Assembly (NCBI GenBank): GCA_964359165.1 | Contig: CAYHRV010000001.1 | Span: 28,080 to 92,079, forward strand | From: an uncultured Elusimicrobia bacterium | Lineage (GTDB): Bacteria; Elusimicrobiota; Elusimicrobia; UBA1565 | DNA: 64,000 nucleotides | Direction: 5' to 3' | Shown here: positions 62,948 through 64,000 of the stretch, one piece after another | Layout: the number at the start of each line of letters is the position of its first letter | Numbering within the stretch: the stretch's first letter is position 1 | Made by a program: the position numbers and the translations under genes | Notes under the pieces: model-generated | What the model was told of the DNA's origin: nothing | Database searches by the model: none | What the model saw: the letters and a program-made list of their open reading frames with translations, nothing else

Positions 62948-63966
62948 GGCACCTCGAAGCCCAGGGCCCGGCCGATGGCGCGCATGTCCTTCATGAGCGC
63001 CGTGAATTGGTCGGGGAGCAGGGACTGCGGCCCGTCGCAGAGGGCCTCCTCGGGCTTGTCGTGCACCTCGATGATGAGGCCCGAGGCGCCCACGGCCGCG
63101 GCCGCGCGCGCCATGGGCCGCACCTTGTCGCGCAGGCCCGTCCCGTGGCTGGGGTCGACGATCACGGGCAAGGGGCTGAGCTTCTGGACCACGGGCACGG
63201 CGTTGAGGTCGAGGGTGTTGCGGGTATGGCTGGCGAAGGTGCGGATGCCGCGCTCGCAGAGCATGATCGCCTTGTTCCCTTCGGCCATGATGTATTCGGC
63301 GGCCATGAGCCATTCCTCGATGGTGGCCGAGAGCCCGCGCTTGAGCAGGACGGGCTTGTCGAGCTTGCCGGCCTCGCGCAGGAGGGAGAAGTTCTGCATG
63401 TTGCGGGCCCCGATCTGGATGATGTCCGAGTATTTATAGACCAGCGCCAGGGAGTCCGGGTCCAGGGCTTCGGTGCACACGGGCAGGCCGGTCTCCTCGC
63501 GGGCCTCGGCGAGTATCTTGAGTCCCTCCTCGCCCAGCCCTTGGAAGGCGTAGGGCGAGGTGCGCGGCTTGAAGGCTCCGCCGCGCAGGACATGCGCCCC
63601 GGCCTTGGCCACCTTTCGGGCGATGCGCAGGGTCTGCTCCCGGCTCTCGACCGCGCAGGGCCCGGCGAAGATGGTGAGAGTCCCCGGCCCGATCTTGGCC
63701 TTGCCGCCGCCCACGCTCACGGTGATGTCCTTGGCGTGGAAGTCCCGGCCCGCGAGCTTGTAGGGCTTGGAGACCGCGATGGCCTGCAGTACGCCGGGGA
63801 GCACCTCGAAGTGGCTGGGCTCCACCGGCCCCGGGTTCCCCGTGATCCCCACCGCGGTGCTCTGCGCGCCCGGGATGACATGGGGCTTGAACCCCATGGC
63901 TCGTATCTTGGCCACTACGGCCTCAAGCTGTTCCGCCTTATGCCCCGCCTGCATTACGATCAACAC
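62944..63966 (-). CDS. 3-deoxy-7-phosphoheptulonate (DAHP) synthase, type I-beta with N-terminal regulatory domain
   Basis: GTG start preceded by GGAGG. AGPCAVES and GAFKPRTSPY motifs, with an N-terminal ferredoxin-like extension of about 80 aa. Confidence 0.9.
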   Translation of the reverse strand: MLIVMQAGHKAEQLEAVVAKIRAMGFKPHVIPGAQSTAVGITGNPGPVEPSHFEVLPGVLQAIAVSKPYKLAGRDFHAKDITVSVGGGKAKIGPGTLTIFAGPCAVESREQTLRIARKVAKAGAHVLRGGAFKPRTSPYAFQGLGEEGLKILAEAREETGLPVCTEALDPDSLALVYKYSDIIQIGARNMQNFSLLREAGKLDKPVLLKRGLSATIEEWLMAAEYIMAEGNKAIMLCERGIRTFASHTRNTLDLNAVPVVQKLSPLPVIVDPSHGTGLRDKVRPMARAAAAVGASGLIIEVHDKPEEALCDGPQSLLPDQFTALMKDMRAIGRALGFEVP

Positions 63967-64000
63967 ATGGCCTCCTTCATCGCCCGAGCCAGCGTTCCTA

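Noticed and set aside
62944-63966. The DAHP synthase acting as the missing KdsA for the Kdo-type pathway
   Set aside because: It belongs to the same superfamily, but it has the N-terminal regulatory extension and the operon context of an aromatic-pathway DAHPS. There is no reason from sequence to assign Kdo8P synthase activity.
1-64000. CRISPR arrays, rRNA, tRNA or other structured RNA genes
   Set aside because: All non-coding gaps longer than about 80 bp (5402-5801, 15322-15454, 33177-33502, 52841-53018, 53459-53562, 54911-55086, 61919-62041) were read. None shows spaced direct repeats, cloverleaf-type stems or rRNA-like sequence.

Overview
High-G+C window from a diderm-type bacterium (Omp85, MsbA-like exporter and KpsF present). 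It is almost entirely one surface-glycan biosynthesis super-locus, followed by a shikimate operon. No rRNA, tRNA, CRISPR array, integrase or transposase was recognised. Left to right: (1) a GNAT domain reading in frame into an Omp85/BamA-like gene, then an LtaS/sulfatase-like membrane enzyme. (2) A lower-G+C orphan AAA_14/DUF4143 ATPase. (3) A GDP-heptose / 6-deoxyheptose-type module (HddA, HddC, three extended SDRs, GT2). (4) A TPR Ser/Thr kinase with inverted topology and an MsbA-like ABC exporter, both behind near-identical promoters. (5) A legionaminic-acid-type nonulosonic acid (NulO) pathway split into blocks: dehydratase, DegT aminotransferase, NeuD-like acetyltransferase, NeuA, NeuB, NeuC and a CBS-nucleotidyltransferase. 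It sits with a HisH/HisF/PP-loop amidotransferase trio (acetamidino formation), a class-B radical SAM enzyme, several methyltransferases and three uncharacterised GT-B-like proteins. (6) A sulfation toolkit: a sulfotransferase-like P-loop protein, an alkaline-phosphatase-superfamily protein, APS kinase, and an unusual pyruvate-kinase-like::ATP-sulfurylase fusion. (7) A roughly 9.6 kb lower-G+C island (about 42.6-52.3 kb) forming one minus-strand operon headed by a high-G+C winged-helix regulator. It encodes an HpcH-type aldolase, a HAD phosphatase, a KdsB-like cytidylyltransferase, a SIS isomerase, a transaldolase-like enzyme and four redox enzymes. I read this as a non-canonical CMP-ulosonic-acid pathway. 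(8) Debris of a Vat/XAT-type acetyltransferase paralogue, then a GT2 and an FkbM methyltransferase. (9) A tightly coupled DAHPS-glpQ-aroA-aroE-aroC-aroK-aroB-aroQ-nudix operon. Most minus-strand genes are joined by 4-nt start/stop overlaps (ATGA, GTGA, TTGA). A palindrome GTTCAA-N3-TTGAAC recurs in three regulatory gaps and is a candidate operator for the regulator. All functions are inferred from motifs read in the supplied translations; no database search was possible. Many start codons were re-assigned from the raw ORF track and remain provisional.
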